Below are positions 39,572 to 50,395 of a DNA stretch of 64,000 bases, one piece after another (positions within the stretch are counted from its first letter, which is position 1; each line of letters starts with the position of its first letter). Under the pieces are notes generated by a model. That model was not told where the DNA came from and did not search any database. It saw only the letters and a list, made by a program, of their open reading frames with translations. This stretch comes from Leucoraja ocellata (lineage: Eukaryota): the NCBI GenBank assembly GCA_036785375.1, contig JAWMAR010000023.1:5146001-5210000 (forward strand), in the 5' to 3' direction. The translations under genes and the position numbers were made by a program.

Positions 39572-40039
39572 CATAGACATAGAAAATAGGTGCAGGAGTA
39601 GGCCATTCGGCCCTTCGAGGATGAACAATTTCTGGAATTCATCCATGCTGTCTTTAAATCTTTGCCATTGCGTCTCCACTGTCAACCCCTTAAGTATAAT
39701 TTGCCCGTCTATCCAAGCCAATTCCTGTCTCATACCGTCAAAGTCTCCTTTATTCAAGTTCAGGACCCTAGTGTCTGAATTAACCATGTCACTCTCAATC
39801 CTAATGCAGAATTCCACCATATTGTGGTCACTGTTGCCCAAGGGACCTTGCACAACAAGATCGCTAACTAATCCTTCCTCATTACTCAACACCCAGTCTA
39901 GGATGGCCTGCCCTCAAGTCATTTCCTCTACATATTGGTTTAAAAACCCATCCCGTATGCATTCCAGGAAATCCTCCTCCTCAACACTGTTACCAATTTA
40001 GTTGGCCCAATCTATATGTGGATTAAAGTCACCCATGAT
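39572..40039 (-). mobile_element. Internally deleted CR1: endonuclease C-terminus/linker fused directly to 3' tail
   Basis: ORF 39518-39892: GPLGNSDHNMVEF...LNLNKGDFDGMRQELA..W..FK, then directly ctcgaagggccgaatggcctactcctgcacctattttctatgtctatg. Confidence 0.88.
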
Positions 40040-40880
40040 TCTTCAATAATTTTTGGTGATGAAGTGATTACTTTTGGTCTGATGCCTCTTATAATTGAAG
40101 ACTCAGTTATTTCACACGAGCTGTCGCTGAAAATATTGTTGGCTATCTTGCAATCATTTTCAAGGGAAATTGGGATGGGAAATTTGAGGAGGGGGAAAAA
40201 ACAAAAAGCAAATTATTATCATTTTGTGTTTATGGTCATGGATCGAAAACAGGCCAGGTGCCAGGAATGAAAATCTATTTTTTTTTCCCCCTCATGTGGT
40301 TTCAAGGGAAATGCACCTTGAAACGTCAATAATTAAGTCTCCCAAACATTAATGAAAGTGGAATTGACACTGTTATGGCAAGAATTTTCAATTCTCAGAA
40401 ACTAATATGCTCGAAATCGTAGTCTTCAGCAAGGCATTGAAGCCTTGCCCTGAGAGTACAGCACCTCGACAACCCAATCTCTAGCACTGAGGCATCAACA
40501 TTTGGAGCACCATCACAGGCCTGATGGCCCAATCCTTGTCATAAGATTATTGGATTCAAAACACAGTGGTGAACAAAATACAGATTCCATAATGTGCTGG
40601 GTGCGTTTGTGTGTAGTTATTGATTAATTAGAAAGATGGATGAAATATGACGAGACATCAACGTAGGTAGAAGTTTGAGTTTTTAAGAGAATTTGTAATT
40701 GAGTGCATTGTCTCGAAAAATGCATTCAATGAAAGGTCTATTTCTCTGGTCACAGGTTCATTTGAGATGTCTTCCCAGGGTGCCAGCCAGTGGGAAGTTA
40801 ATTTCTTCGAGAGAATGTAATTTATGCAATTCAGCAATAATCTTACTTTCCAGAATTTCATTCCAGGCCATGAAATTGTG

Positions 40881-40968
40881 TGTACACAGAAAGGCTGGAG
40901 AAACTCAGCGGGTGCAGCAGCATCTATGGAGCGAAAGAAATAGGCAACGTTTCGGGCCGAAACCCTTC
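40881..40968 (-). mobile_element. PLE/hammerhead mini-element, second subfamily
   Basis: ctggagaaactcagcgggtgcagcagcatctatggagcgaaagaaataggcaacgtttcgggccgaaacccttc. Confidence 0.85.
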
Positions 40969-41191
40969 TGTGTAATTGATTGGATTAAGTATTAGGCCCA
41001 CTTTCAAGAGGGCATCTACTCCAGGAGCCTCGGTTGCAGGTTCCTCCAGGGGAACAAATAATGGGTTCATTCACTGGAGGGGTGTATCATCGATGGAATT
41101 CAGTGGCAGCTTGGTTTTCCAAAGGATGAATTCCTTTGGCGAAGCTGTGTGCTGGAGGGTGCGTTATGACTGGTTTGCTCCTCCAGAGGGA

Positions 41192-41359
41192 CTGTTTAAG
41201 AAAGAGCTGCAGATGCTGGAAAAATCGAAGGTAGACAAAAATGCTGGAGAAACTCAGCGGGTGAAGCAGCATCTATGGAGCGAAGGAATAGGTCACCTAT
41301 TCCTTCGCTCCATAGATGCTGCTTCACCCGCTGAGTTTCTCCAGCATTTTTGTCTACCT
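41192..41359. mobile_element. Palindromic PLE mini-element
   Basis: Arms 41229-41293 and 41295-41359 are exact reverse complements; flanking repeat ctcctccagaggga at 41178-41191 and 41358-41371. Confidence 0.92.
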
Positions 41360-42000
41360 CCTCCAGAGGGAGCATTATTTCAGAAGACAACCATTTTCCT
41401 TTGATGGTCTGTTATTCTGGCAGATACTGCTGCCCATTTGCGCGGAAGGCTAAAGAATTACTTCAGGAATTTTAGTTTGGATTTTTTTTAAAACAAGAAA
41501 TGTATCTCTTCACCCCTGAGTTGAGTCCTGGAGATCTTCAAGCTAATACTCTGCTGTGGATTCATAGGCTGTTACTGGCTGACCACTTCTGCAGGCCACG
41601 GTATGAATTATTCGGAGCTGAAATTAACGAGGAATTGACTGGCACGTCTGGAGGTCTCTTGCCGAAATGGAGTTGTGTGTGGTGCAATAATATCTTCATT
41701 CTGCAAATAATAGGTTTGCTGCAATTTGCCAGTATTTGTATTTGCCAAATGTTCTTTAATTATCTACAACTAATCTGAATCACTAACATTCATGGAGTGA
41801 GGGAAAACAATGAATAAATCATTGCAACCCCCTCCACTTACTCCTTTCATCAAACTGGTTGCACTGATATCCGTGTACGCTCTTCATGCAGGCATAAGCA
41901 CTGGGAACAGACTCCCAAATAAAGGGGCAGAGGTGGAAGCCTTGGCAGTCAATGCAGAGTGTATGATGCTGATCTTAATATTCCCTTTATTCCTTTATTC

Positions 42001-42086
42001 CAGTCTGAAGAAAGGTCTCGACCTGAAACGTCACCCATTCCTTCTCTCCAGAGATGCTGCCGATGAGCTATTTTGTGCCTATCTTC
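42001..42086 (+). mobile_element. PLE/hammerhead mini-element (monomer)
   Basis: cagtCTGAAGAaAGGTctcgACCTGAAAcgTC; flanking repeat ttccctttattcct (41981-41994) / ttccctttatttct (42084-42097). Confidence 0.8.
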
Positions 42087-42897
42087 CCTTTATTTCTCGT
42101 TGCTTTGTAATCATTTAAAAAAATGGATGGCACTATACAACATTCCTGCGAAATTTCACCTAAGTTGTACTACTTTTATTGGATTTCATTTCCATGGAGG
42201 TTTTAATTGACAAAAATATTTCCTCATTTGCTTCAAGAATCAGCTGACAATCCATTGATATACCGCATGTGAAACTGTCTTACCATCTGTAACAAAGCCG
42301 GTTAGAGAGCAATGTACTCTGCATTTGCAGTAATCTCAAGGGGTGCTTGATGCTCCGAAAAAGCTTCACGGTGCCACAGGACTAGGCCTGAATGAGAAGA
42401 CACAATGGTCAGGGCTGGGTAGACCTTTAATGGCTGCAAGATAGCGGCAACAACTTGCCTTTAATAGCAGCCTTATTGCAGTGATATATCCCAGAGGTGC
42501 TTCACAGAAGGAATGTTAAACAAAATTTGACTGCACTTCTTGGGGTGATGTAATGCGACCAAAAGCATGGTCAGAGAGGTTCGGTTTCAGGAGTGTCTTC
42601 AAGGGGTTTGAAAATAATTCCTTTTGGGGGATAAGGTTATTGCTGGTCAGTGTTTATAGCCCATCCCTAACTGGCCATGATCTGATTAGCTGTGGATCCG
42701 GAATCGCACACAGACCCCAGACCTGGTCATAATGACCTGTTTCCTTCAACAAATAGGTCAACTTTTAATGTTTGTTCCCTGGTCAGCATTGCGTTTTATT
42801 TCAGATTTATTTACTTACTTGATTTTAAACTCCTCAGTTGCTCTGAAAATGATGCAATTAAGACGGGCAACCGCGGGATCAAAAGGCCCCTGGATAT

Positions 42898-43014
42898 GTC
42901 TGAAGAAGGGTCTCGACCCGAAACGTCACCCATTACTTCTCTCTTGAGATGCTGAGTTGCTCCAGCTTTTTGCGTCTATCTTCGGGTCAAACCAGCGTCT
43001 GCAGTCCCTTCCTA
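42898..43014 (+). mobile_element. PLE/hammerhead mini-element with intact core
   Basis: gtCTGAAGAagggtctcgacccGAAAcgTCacc (core 42900-42927) followed by the usual body to aaaccagcgtctgcagt. Confidence 0.85.
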
Positions 43015-43757
43015 GACATTACCATTATACTACCTTGCTCAAATTAACAGCCATGGCAATTGGTGGAGGAAAGTGTTTAAAATTGGTTCTGCTCAGGGGA
43101 CCAGAATTTGTGTTCTCTGTGAGTGCGCGAGACTGCAGAATATGGGGCATGTTGGAGTGAGGCTGTGGGGAGAAAGTTATTACATTTTGAGCCTACACAG
43201 AGAGACTGAATAATTAGAATAATGCGAGCTGTGAAGTTAGTGTGAATGGCAACTAATGCATGAAATTCAGCAAGAAACTTCACTGTTCAGTGGCTGTGAT
43301 CTTCATTTCATCACATGGTCAGTCTGCAAGCTCCTGATACGGAGAAACTCTCAATAAGCTAACATTTATTGTGGCAATTAAGATTTTACTATCAAAGGGT
43401 TCTGCTCTGTTGCTTTCTCTACTTAAATGATAGATGTGGTTGAACAAGTGATTTTCAAGGTTGTACTGTAAGCCACGTCTTTTGGTATTTCTTACTGAAT
43501 CGGGACACTGGTAGACATGGCAGGGTAATGTAGCAGTGTGGGTGACGGTTGTAATATCGTTATTTCATTACAATCAGAGAGAGGGATTTGTTTTTAAATT
43601 AAAATGTAATAAATTCAGACAAAGCAGTGGAGCCTTAATTTCCTCCACCTACCCCCTACCCCCTGAAAGTAATTTGCTGTATTTTGTCAGTTACAACATT
43701 ATTTTGCGGTCCTTCATGGAGCTCTGTGAGCATTAAAATGACAGGTCATTCGATTAT

Positions 43758-43905
43758 ATAGAGTCATAGAGTGATATAATGTGGAAACAGGCCCTTTGGC
43801 CCAAATGTGCCTGTCTGTTTCTTAAACGATGAGATAGTCCCAGCCTCAACTACCTCGTCTGACAGCTTGTTCCATACAGCCACCACCCTTTGTGTGAAAA
43901 ATCAC
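43758..43905 (-). mobile_element. CR1 3' tail fragment
   Basis: tagagtcatagagtgatataatgtggaaacaggccctttggccc...caccaccctttgtgtgaaaa. Confidence 0.75.
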
Positions 43906-44324
43906 CTGTCCTATCCAAAGCAGGAACTCTTGGATTTATTGGTCTTCCTTGGCTGAGGAGCGGAGACTGGGCTCCAGCCTCAGGGAGGTGAGTAACCCAT
44001 CACCGTGTGGGATTCCCCTCTTCTGTGTGCCTATCCACACATTGTAAAGAGTAATCCTATAATTTAACTAATTTAAATATTGTGATTGATTTTTGCTGTT
44101 TTATTTTTATGGAGGTTTAACTTGTAAAAAGAAAAAAAAATAGAATCCTTGGGTGTAGGGGGAAAGCAGCATTCACTATTGAAAGGTCTAATGAATAGTA
44201 TCACCCCCCCACCCCCCAACTCCCCCCAAAGCAAAAGGAAGAATAGCAGAGTCTTCGAAGACAATGTCAGTGAGGAGAAAGTGAGAAGAAGGTTACATGT
44301 GTACAGTTACAAAATGGAGTTTGA

Positions 44325-45030
44325 TACAGTTGGGAAGTGCAGCGTAGGTTCACGGGGTTAATCCCCGGGATGACGGGACTGTCATCTGATGAAAGAATGG
44401 AGCGACTGGGCTTGAATTCACTGGAATTTAGAAGGATGAGTGGGATTCTTATTAAAAACATACAAAAATTATGAAGGGATTGAACACGCTAGATGCAGGA
44501 AACATGTTCCCGATATTGGGGGGAGTCCAGAAACAGGGGGCCACAGTTTAAGAATAAGGGGTAGGCCATTATTTTACAGAACCATGCGCATGAGGCATTT
44601 TTATGGACGCACCTGGAACTTTTAACTTTTAACTGATTTTGGAGAGTAAAATGCAACGAAATTTCGTTCAAGGTGCACTGTGTCTAGGTGTATATCTGAA
44701 TGACAATAAAGTTTTCATTCATTCATTCATTCATTCATTCATTCATTCATTCATTTAGAACTGAGATGAGGAAAAACCTTTTCACACAGAGAGTTGTGAA
44801 TTTGTGGAATTCTCTGCCTCAGAAGGCAGTGGTGGCCGGTTCACTGGATGCGTTCAAAAGAGAGTTAGATGGAGCTCTTAGGGCTAGCAGAATCAAGGGA
44901 TATGGGGAGAAGGCAGGAACGGGCTACTGATTGTGGATGATCAGCCATGATCACATTGAATGGCAGTGCTGGCTCAAAGGGCCGAATGGCCTACTCCTGC
45001 ACCTATTGTCTATGTATCTATGTATCTATG
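44325..45030 (+). mobile_element. CR1 LINE 3' fragment interrupted at 44571-44754
   Basis: VQRRFT.LIPG, LGL.SLE.RR, GHSLRIRG, FTQRVVNLWNSLP motifs; (tctatgta)n tail. Confidence 0.9.
44571..44754 (+). mobile_element. Rex/L2-type LINE 3' tail ending in (TTCA)n microsatellite, nested in CR1
   Basis: tgcaacgaaatttcgttc hairpin, tgacaataaag, then about 10 ttca units; CR1 resumes (ggccatt | tagaactgag). Confidence 0.75.
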
Positions 45031-45064
45031 TAAAATAATGTAGTAGCTATTATTTATCTTCATG

Positions 45065-45345
45065 TTTCTTTAGTTCAGACTCCTCAATTACATACAGTTT
45101 CTGGCAGTGCATTCCAGGCACTATCATCCTCTGTGTAAAAAAACTGCCCTGCACATCTCTGCTAAACTTTGCCCCATTCACCTTAAAGCTGTGGCCTCTG
45201 GTCATTGACATTTTCACCCTATCTATGCCTCTCATAAATTGATACATTTTGACCAGGTTTCCCCTTAACCTCTGACCTGCCATTGAAAACACCACATCTG
45301 TCCAATCTCTCTTTATATCTAGCAGCATTCTCATAAAAAGCGTGC
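45065..45345 (-). mobile_element. CR1 LINE fragment
   Basis: ORF 45050-45466: RLRGNLVKMYQFMRGIDRV..TRGHSFKV...FFTQR. Confidence 0.85.
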
Positions 45346-45434
45346 CATTTCTTGCCGCCTTGTTGCTCTTGTTGGGGGAGCTCACGGGTTTTGCAGGTGC
45401 TGTCCAAGCTGGCTCTGTGCGTAACTGTAGATCT

Positions 45435-45780
45435 ACAATACAAAATAATAATACTTTATTAGCCAAGTGTAGCGGCGTTCAGAAGCCGCTATCACGTGAC
45501 TCGGGAGGGGCTGTTGTTTTCGGGGGTGTTTCCTTTGCGCGCGTCAGTTCAGCGCTGACCACCGATGTGGGCGGACGTGTCTAATTATCCTGTGTGCTGC
45601 AACTTGAGCTTTCGAATAAAGCTTTGTTGAAAACTCCAGTAGTCGTTTTTCAGACCGCCAAACAAGTATGTTTTGTAACGTACGAGGAATTTCATTTGTC
45701 AAGTCAGTCATCCAAATAAAAAGCAACAGAACACACAAAATACATTTTAACATAAACATCCACCACAGTGACTCCTCCAC
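45435..45780 (-). mobile_element. Rex-type LINE 3' UTR tail split by a solo LTR
   Basis: tactttattagccaag | tatgttttgtaacgtacgaggaattt resembles the Rex tail at 20225-20265. Confidence 0.7.
45468..45662 (+). mobile_element. Solo LTR (Gypsy-like), 195 bp
   Basis: Starts TGTAGCGG, ends CCGCCAAA (imperfect inverted terminus), 4-bp TSD caag (45464-45467, 45663-45666), AATAAA at 45615, CpG-rich. Confidence 0.75.
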
Positions 45781-47729
45781 TAAAAACAGAAGATGCTGAA
45801 AGACAAAAATTAAAACAGAAAATGCTGGAAATACTTCAGTTTTGAGCTGACAAAGGCCCCGTAGTCTGCATGTTTCTGCCAGTTTGTATTTGATGAGTAA
45901 CTGTAATAGTTTCCATGCAGGATTGGAGGCAGTGAACAGTTCCAGCGTTGGATTGGGTGCCAGTCAATTGAGCTGTTATGTCTTTCTTGGTGCTAATCTC
46001 CTTAAGTGTTGTTGAAGTTGCATTATTCAGACATTGTGGATAGTTCCCTCATGTATACAGCTTCGCAGCTTTGCTTCACTGGGCTATGAATTTTCTCGCT
46101 GCTCAGGGTAAAAAGACATTAATACTGGTGGAATAAATGGTTTATTTGCTAACACGGCGCAGATCAGATTAACATATGCAGAGTAAAGTTGTCCCAACAT
46201 TGTGCTTCATCCTCAACCTCTACTTTTATAGGATGTTCCGTTACATTGTGACAGTTTTATACAATTGTCCGGTGGTTCGTTTGATGATATTGCCAAATTG
46301 ATAGTGTGGTGGCTATGAGCTCGTATTAGCAAATGGATTGAGATTGCCGTTGCACTTGTCTTTTAACTTCAATCTGCACGGGTTTATATGTGGTTTCTGA
46401 AAGGGAAAAGCCTGTAAATGTTACTATACATCACTGAAGGTCACTGCTAAATTTCTAACGAGGCCTGTTATAGTTGTTGAAACTGCCAGTGGCTCCCGAT
46501 AGTTCATTTCTGCCTTCAGTTTGCTTTGCTGATCACTGCATATTGGCCCTGGTTTGGTGCAGCACATTAGACCTTTGATGAGCTGAAGTGAGTTAAAAGT
46601 CCCAGGGTGCTGCCTGTTGATGTGGATTAATAGTTAACAACCAGAACTGTGAATGGAAGTCTTTTCAAATAAGACTTTGAACAGCAGCAGCAAGACTCTC
46701 ACAAGTGATCTAACATTTCAGGTTGACGCCTCATGTACACAAACCTTTGAGTCAGTCATACTAGATCTGTTTCTTTCATCAACATCCACAGTAAGATAGA
46801 CGAATAAGAGGCAATTACCACAACTTGCTGGTGGGGCTGAGCACCAGGGGAGTTTGAGTGTTAGGATTAGGCTGGAGCTGGTACTGTATTGATGTCTCGG
46901 GGATCGGTAGTTGCCTTAGTGGGGTTAAATGTAACTGTTTTGGCCATGGAGTCATAGAGCACAGAAACTGACCCTTTAGCCTAATCCATCCACGCTGACC
47001 AGTGCTCTTCCATGTTGACCATCACTTGGAAATAGCAGTTACTGATCCAGTAAACCTTCTGTTAATGGAGCTGAGTCATAAGGAAATGTTCACCAAATTA
47101 AATAGGCATCTGCTACCAATGATCATGCTGTGATGCCCACCCTTGTACAAAGGTAGATGTTGAGGGAAGCGCCAGGGTCAATACCATACATGTCTCAAGT
47201 GATGCACCCACCTAGTAAAACAACGACACAGTTAAGGTTGTTGACCAATAAAAGCAAAAGTCTATTAACTAAACTTATATCCGATAAAAGGATGACCTTT
47301 GTGATCATCACAGTACTTGGACATCCCTGCACCTTGTTCTCCCGTGATCAACACTCCATCCGAAGGTGAGGATGCTCACTGATACTCAGCCTCACTCACA
47401 ATCCCTGTGATGACAAAGCAGTCATTTCTATGTTTCACCAAGTCAAAGTAGCCAATAGTAGTCTTTGCCAATAGATTGCCAGGCAATATTGATGTCAGTT
47501 AAGCACCAGGCGGTGTATGGCATGAATGAAAGACAACCTAGACCATCACTGGCATCATCTTCCAACCTGTGACCATTCACACCCTGTATCTCACCGTTTG
47601 CCACTTGAGTCGAGGCATCATCACTGTGACCACAAGATCAAGAAAAATGTTTTAGAAACCACTGACTAGTTCGGCTCGGGACCTGAGAAATCTTCTCAAA
47701 TTTTCACATCTTGGAGAAAAAGATACACA

Positions 47730-48040
47730 GAAAGACTTGCATTTCAATGCTACTTTTCACAGTCTTTTCACAGCCTCCCAAAAAACGTTTCGAGCCAGTG
47801 AAGTAATTTTGCAGCATCATCACTATTGTAATGTAGGAAACACAGCAGCCAGTTATGCAAAACAAAAACAAAGTGGTTTTACTTTAGACAATATATTCTG
47901 GTTTGGAGGCGTTGGTTGAGCAATAATTATTGACCAGGACATTGTAAATAACTTCCCTGCTGTTCTTTGAAATAGATAGTATCTTTGGATCATTTATGGC
48001 TGTCTGTGGTTTAAAGACTCACCTGAATGGCAGATCTCGG
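47730..48040 (-). mobile_element. DeuSINE relic
   Basis: acttgcatttcaatg...cactattgtaatgtaggaaacacagcagcca...ttgaccaggacattgtaaataacttccctgctgttctttgaaatag, reverse Deu domain. Confidence 0.65.
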
Positions 48041-48464
48041 GAATAAAGGACCATTCGCCATTTGCTGTGGTAGTTAGCGCTTCAACTGTATTCAGGAAGT
48101 TCATTTCAGGACAAAGGAATGTACTTGATTGATTTGCCTGCCACAAGACTCAATCTCTACTCTCTCCATCACTGGAAAACCAGCTGCAATATGTACAATC
48201 TGTAGGACGGAATGTAATAACTCTTCAAGGTGCCTTTAACAACACCTCTCGGTCTTGCCAAACCGACCAAGGGCAGGATAGCAATATCGGTGGGAACACC
48301 ATTTACTAATTTCCCTCCAAGCTATATCCATTTCTCCCATGTTTTGACAGTCCTTTGTAATCATTGAATCGGGATCTTTGAATCTCCACTCTAAGACCAC
48401 TGCAGGACAAATGTCACCATCATTTTCAATGCTCAGTGCCACCAACACAATATCAGAACGGTTA

Positions 48465-48798
48465 AGTCCCTGTCCCACTTTCCCGAGTTACCATGAATTC
48501 TCCTGAGTTTTCCCCTTGCTTCAAACTCGGAGAATTACGGTAATAGCCAGCCACAGGTACTCGGGGCTATTTTTTTGACTCGTGGACATTTTTCAACATG
48601 CTGAAAATACGCCCCGACTTACCCGATGCCCCGAGTACCTACGGCTGGCATTACGAGCCGTACGAAATATCTACGCACTCGTACGGACTCGCTACAGACT
48701 CGCTACAGACATTCACCGAGTCTGAATCAAGTGGGAGTCTGAATCAAGGGGAAAACTCGGGAGATTCGTGAGTAACTCGGGAAAGTGGGACAGGAGAT
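48465..48798. mobile_element. MITE, PIF/Harbinger-like
   Basis: TIR cctgtcccactttcccgagtta ... taactcgggaaagtgggacagg; interior shared with 5413-5729 (tacggtaat, ggtactcggggct, atttttcaacatgctgaaaat, ccgagtacct, ttacgagccg). Confidence 0.85.
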
Positions 48799-48941
48799 TG
48801 ATAAATGTGGTCTTGCCAATTTTTTTCCACATTATGAGAACAAATATGAAAATAACATCATTTAAAATGTTTACTCCCAGCTCCCTGGGCAAGGGAGAGA
48901 GAAATAGATTTTAAAAAATAGTTTATACTGTATAACATTTA

Positions 48942-49152
48942 GAAACAGAAATGCAGAGGCTGGTTCACAAAAACAGTGCTGCGGTCATTCACTGGAGGCA
49001 GTATCTCTGGAGAACATGGATGGGTAACAGTTCAGGTCGGGACCTTTCTTCAATTTAAAGAAGGGTCCCAAACTGAAATGTTACCTCATCATGTTCTCAA
49101 CAGTTCCTGCCTGAATCGCAGAGTAATTTCAGCCCTTCGTCTCTTTTTTTAC
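48942..49152. mobile_element. Older inverted-dimer PLE/hammerhead mini-element
   Basis: gggacctttcttcaa-ttt-aaagaagggtccc axis; weak AT-rich flanking repeat ataacattta / ataatattta. Confidence 0.65.
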
Positions 49153-49224
49153 ATAATATTTATCTTGACCCAGAAATATCATAAAGAGCTTCATAAACGA
49201 TGGACAGGAGGAATACCTTGATTG

Positions 49225-49675
49225 ATTCATGGTCATACAGCACGGAAATAGGCCCTTCGGTCCAACTTGCCCATGCCGCCAAGATGCCCCCTTCTACACT
49301 TGTCCCACATGCCTGTGTTTGGCCCAATTCCCTCTAAACCGTTCCTATCCATGTACACCATGTACCTGTCCAAATGTATTTTAAATGTGGTTGTAGTAAC
49401 TGCCTCAACTGCTTCCTCTGGCAGCTCGTTCCATATACACACAACCCACTATATGAAAAAGTTGTTTTAGAAGGAACTGCAGATGCTGGAAAATCGGTAG
49501 ACAAAAATGATGGAAAAACTCAGCGGGTGAGGCAGCATCTATGAAAAGAAGGAAATAGGCAATGTTTTGGGTCGAAACCCTTCTACAGACATGAAGTTCC
49601 TTCGCTCCATAGATGCTGCCTCACCCGCTGAGTTTCTCCAGCATTTTTGTCTACATATGGAAAAAGTTGCCCCTT
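49225..49675 (-). mobile_element. CR1 3' tail containing a nested PLE mini-element
   Basis: ORF 49233-49442: WNELPEEAVEA.T.TTFK.HLDRYM. Confidence 0.85.
49465..49654. mobile_element. Inverted-dimer PLE mini-element with TSD
   Basis: Flanked by atatgaaaaagttg (49451-49464) / atatggaaaaagttg (49655-49669). Confidence 0.88.
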
Positions 49676-50190
49676 TTCTGGAGAAAAACATCAGACTATA
49701 ATTAACAAATATTTTAACCTTTTTAAAAAATGGAAAGCAAAATAGACTTTGCTTCCTCTGTAGAATCCAGCTGGACTGCATTTGTATTCGGGTCCACATA
49801 CTGAAAGGACAGAGTTCTTGACACCTACACATTAAACCTTTCATAAACAAACACAATTGTAATTTTCCCTCATCATTGCAGCCTTTCTGCCACTTTCTCT
49901 GCCTGACCAAATTAAATGAAATTGAACCAGCCACGGACCTGCTTCTTGCCCTGAGAACATTGGTCCCCGCTACTGCATACACTCTATTAGCGTTTTAAAC
50001 TTCCCCAGCTGAAATTGATTGCTCAAACAGTAAGCCTCCAAAGTCTCAAAAGCTTATTCACACTCCATGCAACAATATTAGAGAGTGCCTGAAGTATTTC
50101 AGCAAAACGGACCACTCATCAGGGTGCAGAATAGTTCTGTTGTACGATTCAATGCATGTTATGGAGGCATGTTAACAATGAAGATGCTTA

Positions 50191-50395
50191 TGCCCCTGTC
50201 CCACTTAGGAAAACCTGAACGGAAACCTCTGGAGACTTTGCACCCCACCCAAGGTTTCCGTGCGGTTCCCGGAGGTTTTTGCCAGTCTCCCTACCTGCCT
50301 CCACTACCTGCAACCTCCGGCAGCCACGGAAACCTTGGGTGGGGCGCAAAGTCTCCAGAGGTTTCCGTTCAGGTTTCCTAAGTGGGACAGGGGCA
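50191..50395. mobile_element. Fold-back MITE (205 bp), Harbinger-like termini
   Basis: About 70-bp near-perfect TIRs tgcccctgtcccacttaggaaa(a)cctgaacggaaacctctggagactttgc.ccccacccaaggtttccgtg; flanks tta / taa. Confidence 0.92.

Noticed and set aside
40976-41404. Similar peptides on both strands (ORFs 40976-41404 and 41196-41390)
   Set aside because: Artefact of the DNA palindrome; the same applies to 50085-50381 and 50188-50409
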